DNA of 64,000 nt from assembly GCA_035514135.1 (NCBI GenBank), contig DATKBJ010000046.1, forward strand, positions 6,147 to 70,146, in the 5' to 3' direction. The notes below the pieces were generated by a model. The model was given only the letters and a program-made list of their open reading frames with translations. It did no database searches and was not told the origin of the DNA. Positions within the stretch are counted from its first letter, which is position 1; every line of letters starts with the position of its first letter. Origin of the DNA: Gaiellaceae bacterium. Lineage in GTDB: Bacteria; Actinomycetota; Thermoleophilia; Gaiellales; Gaiellaceae. Shown here piece by piece: positions 44,575 to 54,050 of this stretch. The translations under genes and the position numbers were made by a program.

Positions 44575-45678
44575 ATGCCGCGGTACGCTGCGGCGGTGAC
44601 CGCGCTCGCCGAACGTCTCGCCGCGCGGACCCTCGAGCTCGTCGACATCCCGTCGCAGAGCGGGCACGAGGAGGCCATCCGCGAGCACTTGCTCGGGCTG
44701 GCGCCGCCCACTTGGGCCCTGGAGTTCGCAGGGGACGAGGCGTTCCTGCTCGCACCTCCTCGACGTCCAGAGCTGCCACTCATCGTGCTCGCAGCGCACT
44801 ACGACACCGTTCCGGCCCAGGCCAACCTCCCGGGCGTACGCACGGCCGATACGGTGCGCGGCCTCGGCGCAAGCGATATGAAGGGAGGGCTCGCGGTCGC
44901 GCTGGAGCTCGCTCGCGACGATCGCCTTCCTTCCGACACATGCGATCTCGCCCTTCTGCTCTTCGGCCGCGAGGAGCTCCCGGCGGAGCACAACCCGCTG
45001 CCGGCGCTCTTCGAACGATCCGAGCTCGTCCACGAGACGGCGCTCGCCGTCGTGCTCGAGCCGACCGATCTGACGGTTCAGGCCGGCTGCCTCGGCAACG
45101 TCGTCGCCCGGCTCGTGTTCCACGGTACGAGCGGGCATGCCGCGCGCCCCTGGCTCGCCGACAGCGCACTCGAACGGGCAGTGCGCGCGCTCGGCCCTCT
45201 CTTCGACCTCGAGCCTCGGCCGGTGCTCGTCGGAGGGCTGGAGTTCCTCGAGGTCGTGTCGGTGACGCGGCTCGATGCCGGGATTGCCGACAACGTCATC
45301 CCGGGCGAGGCTGTCGCGACAGTCAATCTCCGCTACCCGCCCGACCGCAAGCCGGCCGAGGCCGAGGCGTATCTCGAGCAGATCGCGCCGTCTGCTGCGA
45401 CTCTCGAGATCGTCAGCAACGCGCCGCCGGCGCGCGTCGTGGATTCCGCCGCTGTGCGCGCACTCCGGCGAGCGGGCGACCTCGAGCTCCAACCGAAACA
45501 GGCATGGACGAACGTGGCGGACTTCACCGAACGCGGAATCGACGCGGTCAACTTCGGGCCAGGCCAAACGGCGATGGCCCACCACCCGGACGAGCACGTG
45601 GCGATCAGCGCGCTCGTCACTGCGTACGAGGTGCTCCACCGATTCCTGTCGTCTCCGATCGGCGAGGATGAGCAGTGA
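44575..45678 (+). CDS. dapE: Succinyl-diaminopimelate desuccinylase (M20 peptidase)
   Basis: LVDIPSQSGHEEAI, AAHYDTVP, GASDMKGG and a late GHAARP. It is followed by dapD. Confidence 0.8.
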   Translation: MPRYAAAVTALAERLAARTLELVDIPSQSGHEEAIREHLLGLAPPTWALEFAGDEAFLLAPPRRPELPLIVLAAHYDTVPAQANLPGVRTADTVRGLGASDMKGGLAVALELARDDRLPSDTCDLALLLFGREELPAEHNPLPALFERSELVHETALAVVLEPTDLTVQAGCLGNVVARLVFHGTSGHAARPWLADSALERAVRALGPLFDLEPRPVLVGGLEFLEVVSVTRLDAGIADNVIPGEAVATVNLRYPPDRKPAEAEAYLEQIAPSAATLEIVSNAPPARVVDSAAVRALRRAGDLELQPKQAWTNVADFTERGIDAVNFGPGQTAMAHHPDEHVAISALVTAYEVLHRFLSSPIGEDEQ

Positions 45679-46475
45679 TGGATCTCGCCGAGCGCATCTC
45701 CGAGCTCTGGAGCTCCGGCACCGTCGACGCCGTCCCCATCGAAGAGGCGATCGCCGCACTCGACCGCGGTGACGTGCGAGTGGCGGAGCGCTCCGCGAAC
45801 GGATGGATCGTCAACGAGTGGGTGAAGAAGGCGATCCTCCTCTATTTCCGGCTCCGTAAGGTCGTGCCGATGGACGTCGGCGGGCTGCACTTCCTCGACA
45901 AGATCCCCGTCAAGGCCGACTACGCGGAGCGCGGCGTGCGCGTCGTGCCCCCCGGCGTGGCTCGCTATGGCTCGTTCCTGTCCGAAGGAGTCGTGCTGAT
46001 GCCGGGCTTCGTCAACATCGGTGCCTGGGTCGGACCGCGAACCATGGTCGACACGTGGGCGACCGTCGGATCGTGCGCGCAGATCGGGGCCGACGTGCAC
46101 CTCTCCGGAGGCGTCGGCATCGGCGGTGTCCTCGAGCCACCGCAGGCGCGACCCGTGATCGTCGAAGACGGCGCGTTCCTCGGCTCCCGCGCGGTCGTGG
46201 TCGAAGGCGTCGTCGTCGGAGAGGGGGCCGTAATCGCGCCCAACGTCGTGCTGTCCGCATCTGTTCCCGTCATCGACGTGACGGGCACGGAGCCCGTGGA
46301 GCATCGCGGTTACGTGCCGCCGCACGCGGTCGTGCTTCCGGGAACGAGACCGAAGGACTACCCGGCGGGCCGGTACGACCTCCCTTGTGCGCTCATCGTC
46401 GGCACGCGCAGCGCCTCGACAGACCTCAAGACGTCGCTGAATGATGTGCTGCGGGAGTTCGAAATAGCCACATGA
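45675..46475 (+). CDS. dapD: 2,3,4,5-tetrahydropyridine-2,6-dicarboxylate N-succinyltransferase
   Basis: NEWVKKAILLYFR and left-handed beta-helix hexapeptide repeats (IGADVHLSGGVGIGGVLEP...). Confidence 0.85.
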   Translation: MMDLAERISELWSSGTVDAVPIEEAIAALDRGDVRVAERSANGWIVNEWVKKAILLYFRLRKVVPMDVGGLHFLDKIPVKADYAERGVRVVPPGVARYGSFLSEGVVLMPGFVNIGAWVGPRTMVDTWATVGSCAQIGADVHLSGGVGIGGVLEPPQARPVIVEDGAFLGSRAVVVEGVVVGEGAVIAPNVVLSASVPVIDVTGTEPVEHRGYVPPHAVVLPGTRPKDYPAGRYDLPCALIVGTRSASTDLKTSLNDVLREFEIAT

Positions 46476-46814
46476 GAGGGATCGGTGAGATCCCCTCTTC
46501 ACGGACGACGTCGCCAGCGTCGCCGGGTTCTACCGCGACCTCGTCGGAGCGGCGCCCATGGCCGAGTGTCCCGGCGGGGCGCTCTTCGCCATCGGCGACG
46601 GCAAGCTCCTCGCGCACGAACGGGCCGCAGCCGTGGCCGACAGCGCACCGAACGAGGATCATTCGCAGTGACGGTCGCTGACGTCGATGCGACGTGTGCC
46701 GCGCTCGTGGCTGCGGGTGTCGCTCTCCTGGTGGAGCCCCGTGACTATCCGTGGGGTCGCTCGGCGTATCTTCGCGACCCTGACGAACGGCTGGTCGCGC
46801 TCACGCAGCCCTGA
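46472..46814 (+). pseudogene. VOC (glyoxalase/bleomycin-resistance) family gene with two 1-nt frameshifts
   Basis: MRGIGEIP in one frame, LFTDDVASVAGFYRDLVGAAP...NEDH in a second, and FAVTVADVDATCAALVAAGVALLVEPRDYPWGRSAYLRDPDERLV in a third. The shifts sit in a C-run (about 46494) and a T-run (about 46661). 343 nt + 2 = 115 codons. The start overlaps the dapD stop (ATGA). Confidence 0.6.
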
Positions 46815-46815
46815 C

Positions 46816-47517
46816 TCAGTCGATGCGCTCGGCCGTCCCGTAGAGCCTCGCGCGCCCGCTCTCGAGCCGTACGCGAAGATCACCTCCGGGGAAGTGGACG
46901 ATGACGTCACCCTCGCCGTGGGTTGCCGCGGCAACCGCGACCGCACTCGTTCCCGACGAGGCAGTCTCCCCCACGCCACGCTCCCACACGCGTGCCGTGA
47001 CCTCGCCGGGTGCGTCGATCCTGACGACCTGCACGTTCGTCCGGCTCGGGAAACGCTCGTGCGTCTCGAGCCGAGGCCCGACGTCCACGATGGAGTCTGG
47101 ATCACCTATCACCACTGCGTGCGGGTTGCCGACCGAGACGGCTGTCACAGCGAGGCCGTCGATGATCTCCGAGTCCTCGACGATCACCTCGCCGAGATCC
47201 TGCTCGATCACTCCACTATCGAGGATGCGTGTCGTCACCGTCCGATCGCCCACGACGACGTCGATGCGCTCAGCCCCCGAGCGAGCGGCAAGCCACGCTG
47301 CGGCGATACGCGTACCGTTTCCCGAGAGCTCCGCCTGCGATCCGTCGGGATTCCAGATCGCGACCTCGACGCGGGCGTCCGACATGTCGATGATCTCGAG
47401 CACGCCATCGGCACCGCCGACGAGTGCGAGAACCGCGCGCGCGTCCAGCCGACCTGTCTCTCCAGGCCCCGCGACGACATACGTGTTACCGAGCGCGCGC
47501 CAGGTCGAGAACGTCAT
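46816..47517 (-). CDS. dapF: Diaminopimelate epimerase
   Basis: GNTYVV, the first catalytic Cys region replaced by the SGNGTR context, VGNPHAVV, and a second half with SSGTSA. Confidence 0.8.
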   Translation of the reverse strand: MTFSTWRALGNTYVVAGPGETGRLDARAVLALVGGADGVLEIIDMSDARVEVAIWNPDGSQAELSGNGTRIAAAWLAARSGAERIDVVVGDRTVTTRILDSGVIEQDLGEVIVEDSEIIDGLAVTAVSVGNPHAVVIGDPDSIVDVGPRLETHERFPSRTNVQVVRIDAPGEVTARVWERGVGETASSGTSAVAVAAATHGEGDVIVHFPGGDLRVRLESGRARLYGTAERID

Positions 47518-48373
47518 CAGCCACCTGTCGCACGGGCCGGTCGGCGTCGATCAGCACGATTCCGGGCATCCGTCGCATCCACTTGCGCTGGTACGACGCA
47601 TAGCGTCGTGTGCGGGCGACGATCCGCTCCCGCGCCACGTCGAGAGGAAGCGTGGCGACCTCGTCGAGCCCGAGCGCTTTGCGGGCCGTCTGCGACACCG
47701 GCCGGCGGAGCGCGTCGTGAACCTCGGAGACGACCCCGCGACGGATCATCTCGTTCGTGCGGTCGGCGATCCGGCGCTCGAGCTCCGCAGTGGGCACATC
47801 GAGCCCGACGAGGAGAGTCGAACGCCGCATCTGCTCCGACCAGAGCCGCCTGGTCGTCGGCGCGAGCGTCGAGCCGACCTCCGACAGCTCGAGCGCGCGC
47901 ACGACGCGCTGGCGGTCGTTCGCATGGACGCACGCGGCCGCAGCCGGATCGAGTTCGGCGAGCCGCGCGTGCGCCTCCTCCGGGCTGGCGTCGTAGAGCA
48001 GCTCGAGTCGCGCACGTCTTTCGTCGTCGACAGCCGGCGGGATCTCGAGGTCGGCGAGCGCGGCTCGAACGTAGAGACCTGTCCCGCCGGCCACGACGGC
48101 GGCGCCGTGGGCGTCCACGAGAGCATCGATCGCCGCGTGTGCGAGCGTTGCATACTCACCGACGGACATCGTCTCCTCGAGCTCCCGGATCGCGACGAGC
48201 CTGGTCGCGTCGGCGGGCTGATTGGTCAGGATCGCAAGACCGCGATAGACCTGGAGCGCGTCGGCGGACACGACCTCCGTGCCCAGTCCGTCTGCGACAC
48301 ACTTCGCGACGGCCGACTTGCCGGACGCCGTCGGGCCGAAGATCGCGACGACTTCGTGCTGCAAATGGGTCAC
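47486..48373 (-). CDS. miaA: tRNA dimethylallyltransferase
   Basis: VVAIFGPTASGKSAVA P-loop and LQVYRGLAILTNQP. The GTG at 48373 was chosen; the listed start at 48463 adds 30 non-conserved codons. Confidence 0.88.
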   Translation of the reverse strand: MTHLQHEVVAIFGPTASGKSAVAKCVADGLGTEVVSADALQVYRGLAILTNQPADATRLVAIRELEETMSVGEYATLAHAAIDALVDAHGAAVVAGGTGLYVRAALADLEIPPAVDDERRARLELLYDASPEEAHARLAELDPAAAACVHANDRQRVVRALELSEVGSTLAPTTRRLWSEQMRRSTLLVGLDVPTAELERRIADRTNEMIRRGVVSEVHDALRRPVSQTARKALGLDEVATLPLDVARERIVARTRRYASYQRKWMRRMPGIVLIDADRPVRQVADDVLDLARAR

Positions 48374-48378
48374 GTCCG

Positions 48379-48417
48379 GTGGGGCACCCCATCCCACCAC
48401 CCGCTGCGATCGTAACG
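48379..48417 (+). repeat. 39-nt intergenic repeat, copy B
   Basis: GTGGGGCACCCCATCCCACCACCCGCTGCGATCGTAACG, located between the miaB stop and the miaA start. Confidence 0.85.
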
Positions 48418-48473
48418 CGGAATTGCGTACGTGTGTGTCACGAATCGTGTCAAGAGTGTGCAAGTCGCCTACC

Positions 48474-49799
48474 TCAGGCCGCGACGAGCGACGTAGCCCG
48501 ACCCCGCAGCGTCGTCGACGTCGAGTCTTCGATCAGCACGTCGACGAGATCTCCCGCAACGACCGCTCCCCCGTCGAAGTTGACCGTCGTGTTCCGCCGC
48601 GTGCGTCCCCGCGTGAGCGATGGATCCGTCCTGCTCGGGCCTTCGACGAGGACCTCCTCGACACGACCGACGCGCGCCGCGTTGCGTTCTGCGGCGATCC
48701 TCTGGACGCAATCGACGAGCGCCTCGAGTCGGGCGTGCTTGACGGTGTCGGGCACGGCACCGGCCAGCGTCGCCGCCTCCGTCCCTGCGCGGGGCGAGTA
48801 GATGAATGTGAATGCGCTGTCGAACCGCACCTCCTCGACGAGGGAGAGCGTCTCCTCGAACTCGGCGTCCGACTCCCCCGGGAAGCCCACGATGAGATCG
48901 GTGCCGAGCGCGACGTCGTCCACGGCGTCCCGGAGGATCTCCACAAGCCTCAGGTAGCGCGCACGGTCGTACGTCCGCCGCATCGCCTTGAGAACTCGAG
49001 ACGAGCCCGACTGCGCGGGGAGGTGGATGTGCTCGCAGACGCTCGGACACTCCGCGATCGCCGTGACCACCCCCGTCCGGAAGTCCTTCGGATGCGGACT
49101 CGTGAAGCGTATGCGCTCGATCCCGGTGACCGCGTCGCACGCGCGGAGCAACTCGCCGAACTCTGCGTCGATCTCAGGTGCCAGATCGCGGCCCCAGGAG
49201 TTCACGTTCTGTCCCAAGAGGGTGATCTCGCGGACACCCGACTCGGCGAGCCGAGTCACCTCGGAGACGATCTCGTCGGGGTGGCGGCTCTGCTCACGAC
49301 CGCGCACGGCTGGGACGATGCAGTACGCACACGCCGAGTTGCATCCCATCGACACCTGGACCCAGGCCTGGAAGCGACGCTCGCCATGCATCGGCAGGTC
49401 GGCGGCGAAGTGCTCGTGCGTGCCGAAGCGGCCCCTGTCGACCGCGAACCCACCTGCCGCGATCCAGTCGCCGAGATGCGGGATCGAGCCTGGGCCGAAG
49501 GCGACGTCCACGAACGGGTAGAGGTCGAAGATGCGCTCCCGCTGTGCCTCCGCGTAGCAGCCGCCGACAGCCACGACGACGTCGGGGCGTTCGCGCTTCA
49601 TAACGCCTGCGTTACCGAGATATGCCGCGAGCCGTGTGTCCGGCTTCTCGCGGATCGTGCACGTGTTGAAGACGACGACATCGGCCTCCTCGGGAGCGGT
49701 CGCCTCGCCCAGCCCGAGCGACTCGAGCATGCCCTTGATCCGCTCCGAGTCATGGGCGTTCATCTGGCACCCGAACGTGGTGACGTGATAGCGCCTCAT
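48474..49799 (-). CDS. miaB: tRNA-2-methylthio-N6-dimethylallyladenosine synthase (radical SAM)
   Basis: TFGCQMNAHDSE, radical-SAM CNSACAYCIVP, and a TRAM C-terminus. Confidence 0.92.
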   Translation of the reverse strand: MRRYHVTTFGCQMNAHDSERIKGMLESLGLGEATAPEEADVVVFNTCTIREKPDTRLAAYLGNAGVMKRERPDVVVAVGGCYAEAQRERIFDLYPFVDVAFGPGSIPHLGDWIAAGGFAVDRGRFGTHEHFAADLPMHGERRFQAWVQVSMGCNSACAYCIVPAVRGREQSRHPDEIVSEVTRLAESGVREITLLGQNVNSWGRDLAPEIDAEFGELLRACDAVTGIERIRFTSPHPKDFRTGVVTAIAECPSVCEHIHLPAQSGSSRVLKAMRRTYDRARYLRLVEILRDAVDDVALGTDLIVGFPGESDAEFEETLSLVEEVRFDSAFTFIYSPRAGTEAATLAGAVPDTVKHARLEALVDCVQRIAAERNAARVGRVEEVLVEGPSRTDPSLTRGRTRRNTTVNFDGGAVVAGDLVDVLIEDSTSTTLRGRATSLVAA

Positions 49800-50206
49800 C
49801 GCGGGAGAAGGGTAGCCCGTCGCACCTGTTGAGCCCAGGCCGCGAGCTCGACGCGCCCATCAGCTTCGGCCCAGACGTCGCGTTGCTCTACCACGAGCCC
49901 CTCGTCGTCGAAGTGGAGCAGCGACGTTCCGGCCAGCGACTGCGGCATGCCGTCCCTCGCCGTCACGACCGCCCACCAATCGACAGCTGCCCGTGCGCCG
50001 TCGACCACGGGCTCGCCAAAACGACACTCGGCGGCCGCCTGATCGGCGAAGGCCCAGGTGACGTACTCGGCTGGCGCCTGGCGGTCGCGAAACGGATGAG
50101 AGTAGAAGACCGCGTCATCCGCATACAGCGCGGCGATTGCGTCGACGTCCGCAGTCGGCCAGGCGCGCTCCCAGGCCGAGGCCCACCGGCGTGCAGCAGC
50201 TCGCGT
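49796..50206 (-). CDS. SnoaL/NTF2-like protein; start codon unresolved
   Basis: The frame reads TRAAARRWASAWERAWPTADVDAIAALYADDAVFYSHPFRDRQAPAEYVTWAFADQ...VDWWAVVTARDG...LLHFDDEGLVVEQRDVW. The only canonical start is an internal GTG at 50008. The stop overlaps the miaB ATG (ATGA). Confidence 0.5.
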   Translation of the reverse strand, partial: TRAAARRWASAWERAWPTADVDAIAALYADDAVFYSHPFRDRQAPAEYVTWAFADQAAAECRFGEPVVDGARAAVDWWAVVTARDGMPQSLAGTSLLHFDDEGLVVEQRDVWAEADGRVELAAWAQQVRRATLLPR

Positions 50207-50208
50207 GT

Positions 50209-51780
50209 CTACTTCGCCACCTCGATCGCGCGACTCTCGCGGATGACGATGACCTTGACCTGCCCCGGGTACTCGAGCTGATCCTCGATCTCGCGGGCGA
50301 TCTCGTGCGAGAGGAGCACAGCTCCGTCGTCGTCGACCTCCGTCGGCTCGACGATCACGCGGATCTCCCGACCCGCCTGCAGTGCGTATGCCTTTGCGAC
50401 ACCCGACTTGGCGGTCGCGATCTCCTCGAGCGACTCGAGCCGGCGGATGTAGTTCTCGAGGCTCTCGCCGCGTGCACCGGGTCGTGATGCCGAGATGGCG
50501 TCCGCGGAGATCAGCAGCACCGCCTCCACCGTCTGCGGCTGGACCTCGTGGTGATGCGCCTCGATTGCGTGTACTACTCCTTCGGACTCGCCGCAGCGAC
50601 GCGCCAGCTGCGCCGCGATGACGGCGTGTGAACCCTCGACCTCGTGGCTCACGGCCTTGCCGATGTCGTGCAAGAGAGCCGCGCGCTTCGTCGTCTTGAC
50701 TCCGGCCTTGAGCTCGGCGGCCATGATCCCGCTCAGGTGCACGACCTCGAGCGTGTGCTTGAGAACGTTCTGGCCATAGCTCGTCCGATACCGCAGCCGG
50801 CCGAGAGCGCGAACGAGCTCCTCGTGGAACTCGCCGCAGTTTGCCTCGAACACCGCCTGCTCGCCTGCCTGGAGCACGTGCTCTTCGAGCTCCGCCTTCG
50901 CCTGGTAGTACATCTCCTCGATCCGCGCCGGGTGGATCCGGCCGTCCTCGATCAGCTTGTCGAGCGTCAAGCGCGCGACTTCGCGCCGAATCGGGTCGAA
51001 GGACGAGAGCACGACGGCATGCGGGGTGTCGTCGATGATGAAGTCGACGCCGGTGAGATGCTCGAGAGAGCGAATGTTGCGCCCCTCGCGGCCGATGATC
51101 CTGCCCTTGAGATCGTCCGAAGCGAGCTCGACGACCGTGACCGTCGCCTCGGCGGTATGGCTCGCGGCAACCCGCTGCAGCGAGTCTGCGATGAGCGCTC
51201 GAGCGCGGCGTCGGGCGTCGGAGCGTGCCTCCTCCTCCATCTGCCGCACCTCCCGTGCGAGCTCGTGCCGCACGAGGTCCTTCGAGCGCTCGATGAGCTG
51301 CTGGCGCGCCTCGTGCACCGTGAGCCCAGAGATCTTCTCGAGTGAGGCAAGTGCGTCACGCTGGGCGTCGCGCAGCTCCTCCTGGAGCGCCTTGACGTGC
51401 ACTTCGCGATCGCCCAACCCTTGTTCCTTGCGCTCCAGGTCGCTCAGACGGCCGTCGACCTCGAGCTCTTTCTGCAGGAGCCGCTCCTCGATCTTCGCCG
51501 TCTCGACCCTCCTGTCCTGGAGCTCGCGCTCGACCTCACTGCGCAGAGCGACTGCCTGCTCGCGCGCATCGACCTGCGCCTCCCGCCGCACTGCTTCGGC
51601 CTCTCGTTCGGCGTCCGCGATCAGCCGCTCGCGCTCGGCCCTCGCGACGTTCACGCGCGAGCGGGACCAGGCGATCAGAGCGACGGACGCCGCGGCTGCC
51701 CCGACGATGATTCCGATGAGCGCTGCGCCGGCCGAGAGCATGGAGCCTCCGGTGGAGGATGGTGTTGACCGCGGGCTCAC
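50209..51780 (-). CDS. rny: Ribonuclease Y
   Basis: N-terminal TM segment, a long coiled coil, a KH domain (GRIIGREGRNIR) and an HD domain (HSLEV-type LKHTLEVVHLSG...LLHDIGK). Confidence 0.92.
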   Translation of the reverse strand: MSPRSTPSSTGGSMLSAGAALIGIIVGAAAASVALIAWSRSRVNVARAERERLIADAEREAEAVRREAQVDAREQAVALRSEVERELQDRRVETAKIEERLLQKELEVDGRLSDLERKEQGLGDREVHVKALQEELRDAQRDALASLEKISGLTVHEARQQLIERSKDLVRHELAREVRQMEEEARSDARRRARALIADSLQRVAASHTAEATVTVVELASDDLKGRIIGREGRNIRSLEHLTGVDFIIDDTPHAVVLSSFDPIRREVARLTLDKLIEDGRIHPARIEEMYYQAKAELEEHVLQAGEQAVFEANCGEFHEELVRALGRLRYRTSYGQNVLKHTLEVVHLSGIMAAELKAGVKTTKRAALLHDIGKAVSHEVEGSHAVIAAQLARRCGESEGVVHAIEAHHHEVQPQTVEAVLLISADAISASRPGARGESLENYIRRLESLEEIATAKSGVAKAYALQAGREIRVIVEPTEVDDDGAVLLSHEIAREIEDQLEYPGQVKVIVIRESRAIEVAK

Positions 51781-51972
51781 CCGCGGGTGCTCTCACCCGG
51801 CTGTCGACCTGCACGGTCGGGCCGGACTGTGCCGGACGCCTACGTCGGAGTGTGCGAACTCCTCTGCCGTCGGGCACGTTCGCACCGACGGGGTTCACGG
51901 ATCGAGGATACGGGGATGCTCAAGGATTCAGAAAGCGCGTGCGTGCAGGAAGAACGTCGAGTGAGAATCTCG

Positions 51973-52401
51973 TCATCCTAACGTCTCCCCCACGCCCTGC
52001 GCAACGACCGAGCGAACAACGTCCTCCGAGAACCCCTTGCCGGTGAGATACCGCGCCGTCTTCGCGCTCGAACCCCGCCGCGCCACGATGCGTTCCGCGC
52101 GCTGGCGCTCGGGCTCGAGCCCGGCGAGCGCGTGCTCGATCTCCTCGTCCGTCACTCCTGCTGTGCTCAGGTCTTGACGGATGGAGGCGTCTCCCGCGCC
52201 ACGCCCCCCGAGAGCGCAGGCCCGATTGTCTGCGTAGCGCTCGTCGTCGACGACCGCCGTCCGCGCAAGCGCCTCGAGTGCGGCGCGCCGTTCCTCCTCC
52301 CCGAAGCCGCGATCCGCGAGGTACTGCTCGAGCTGTGCGCTCGAGCGATCGCGATGGCTGAGCGCCCGCAGAGCCGACTCGAGGGCGGCGTCATATGACA
52401 T
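51973..52401 (-). CDS. recX: Recombination regulator RecX
   Basis: MSYDAALESALRALSHRDRSSAQLEQYLADRGF... has three-repeat helical architecture and lies immediately downstream of recA. Confidence 0.85.
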   Translation of the reverse strand: MSYDAALESALRALSHRDRSSAQLEQYLADRGFGEEERRAALEALARTAVVDDERYADNRACALGGRGAGDASIRQDLSTAGVTDEEIEHALAGLEPERQRAERIVARRGSSAKTARYLTGKGFSEDVVRSVVAQGVGETLG

Positions 52402-52411
52402 GTCGCCTCGA

Positions 52412-53491
52412 TCAGCTCTCGACCGCGACAGGCTCCTCGATCTCGATCTCGACCTCGATCGCGGTCTCACGGGGAGCCTGGCTCGGAAGGAGCCGTGCGG
52501 AGATGATCTGCTCCTCGTCTGCCTCAGCCTGGATCCGCGTGAGGATCTGCTGGACGAGATCGGGGTTTTCGACGAGAAAGTTCGTCGCGTTCTGTCGCCC
52601 CTGGCCGAGACGCTCGTCGCCGAAGCTGAAGTAGGACCCGGCTTTCTGGACGACCTTCTTCTCGAGCGCCACGTCGAGCACCGTGCCCTCCCACGGGATC
52701 CCGCCGCCGTAGATGATGTCGAACTCGGCCTGCTTGAACGGGGGCGCAACTTTGTTCTTCACGACCTTGACGCGCACCCGGTTGCCGAACGCCTCGGCAC
52801 CGTCTTTCAGGGTCTCGATGCGTCGAATGTCGAGCCGCACCGACGAGTAGAACTTGAGCGCGCGACCGCCCGGCGTCGTCTCGGGGTTCCCGAACATGAC
52901 GCCGATCTTCTCGCGGAGCTGGTTCGTGAAGATGCAGATCGTGTCCGTGCGGTTGAGCGTGCCAGCCAGCTTCCGCAACGCTTGGCTCATGAGCCGGGCT
53001 TGGAGACCGACATGGGAGTCCCCCATCTCGCCCTCGATCTCGGCTTTCGGGACGAGCGCGGCGACCGAGTCCACCGCGACGATGTCGAGCGCCCCCGAGC
53101 GGATGAGAAGCTCGGTGATCTCGAGCGCTTGCTCGCCTGTGTCCGGCTGTGAGACGAGCAGGCCGTCGATGTCGACGCCGATCCGCCGCGCGTAGGCCGG
53201 ATCCATCGAGTGCTCGACGTCGATGAATGCGGCGATCCCGCCGCGACGCTGGGCCTCGGCGATGACGTGGTAGACGAGCGTGGTCTTGCCCGACGCCTCC
53301 GGGCCGAAGATCTCCACGATGCGCCCGCGCGGGAGACCGCCGATGCCGAGCGCCATGTCGAGCGCGAGCGATCCGGTCGACACCGCGCCGATCGAGACCT
53401 GCGGGCGATCGCTCATCCGCATCACCGAGCCCTTTCCGAACTGCCGCTCGATCTGGCCCAGTGCGACGTCGAGCGCTTCTTCACGTTTCAT
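52412..53491 (-). CDS. recA: Recombinase RecA
   Basis: [19 protein letters not shown], Walker [11 protein letters not shown] and IDVEHSMDP. No intein. Confidence 0.97.
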   Translation of the reverse strand: MKREEALDVALGQIERQFGKGSVMRMSDRPQVSIGAVSTGSLALDMALGIGGLPRGRIVEIFGPEASGKTTLVYHVIAEAQRRGGIAAFIDVEHSMDPAYARRIGVDIDGLLVSQPDTGEQALEITELLIRSGALDIVAVDSVAALVPKAEIEGEMGDSHVGLQARLMSQALRKLAGTLNRTDTICIFTNQLREKIGVMFGNPETTPGGRALKFYSSVRLDIRRIETLKDGAEAFGNRVRVKVVKNKVAPPFKQAEFDIIYGGGIPWEGTVLDVALEKKVVQKAGSYFSFGDERLGQGRQNATNFLVENPDLVQQILTRIQAEADEEQIISARLLPSQAPRETAIEVEIEIEEPVAVES

Positions 53492-53495
53492 CGTC

Positions 53496-54050
53496 TCATC
53501 CTCTCGGTCGGCCGATCACACACGACTCCAGTACCTCGTATCTGGTCCCTGATCGATGCAGGCGTGAAAGCAAAGCAGCGGCTCCGGACGGAGCGAACGG
53601 CCCGAGCCCACCGAGGGGCGGGTCGAGCCGCGGACGCTCGCGGAAGCGCGCAACCGTGACGTGCGGGAGCCACGGCCTGCGCTCGCGCTCGTACACGCCG
53701 AGTGCCTCCAAACCGCTCTGAATCCGGGCAGCGAGCGACGTCGCAGCGCCTGAGGGATCGGCGAGGACGAGCATGCCGACGGAACGTGTCTCCCGATAGC
53801 GAACGGGCTCGAGCACGAACGGGTCGGTCGCGCGAGCCTCGCGGCGCAGGACGTCGACGATGGGTTCGAGCGCCCTGCGCGGCTGAGATCCGAGGAACGC
53901 GAGCGTGACGTGGAAGGTATCGACGGCGCGTCCGTGCTCGAGGTTTCGCTCGCCCCAGCGACCGAGCTTCGCCGCGGCGTCGTCGGGGAGCTCGAGCGCG
54001 AGAAAGAGCCTGAGCCGGTCATCGCCCGCGACGGTAGCCGCTGCCGTCAC
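53496..54050 (-). CDS. thpR: RNA 2',3'-cyclic phosphodiesterase (2H family, LigT/ThpR)
   Basis: [10 protein letters not shown], and two H-x-T motifs ([17 protein letters not shown]). Confidence 0.85.
   Translation of the reverse strand: MTAAATVAGDDRLRLFLALELPDDAAAKLGRWGERNLEHGRAVDTFHVTLAFLGSQPRRALEPIVDVLRREARATDPFVLEPVRYRETRSVGMLVLADPSGAATSLAARIQSGLEALGVYERERRPWLPHVTVARFRERPRLDPPLGGLGPFAPSGAAALLSRLHRSGTRYEVLESCVIGRPRG

Noticed and set aside
43705-45759. Long 5' extensions of dapE (657 aa) and hflX (835 aa) that overlap each other completely
   Set aside because: The extensions are antisense translations of the neighbouring real gene and have no family similarity. The conserved N-termini of both families begin at 44575 and 44565.
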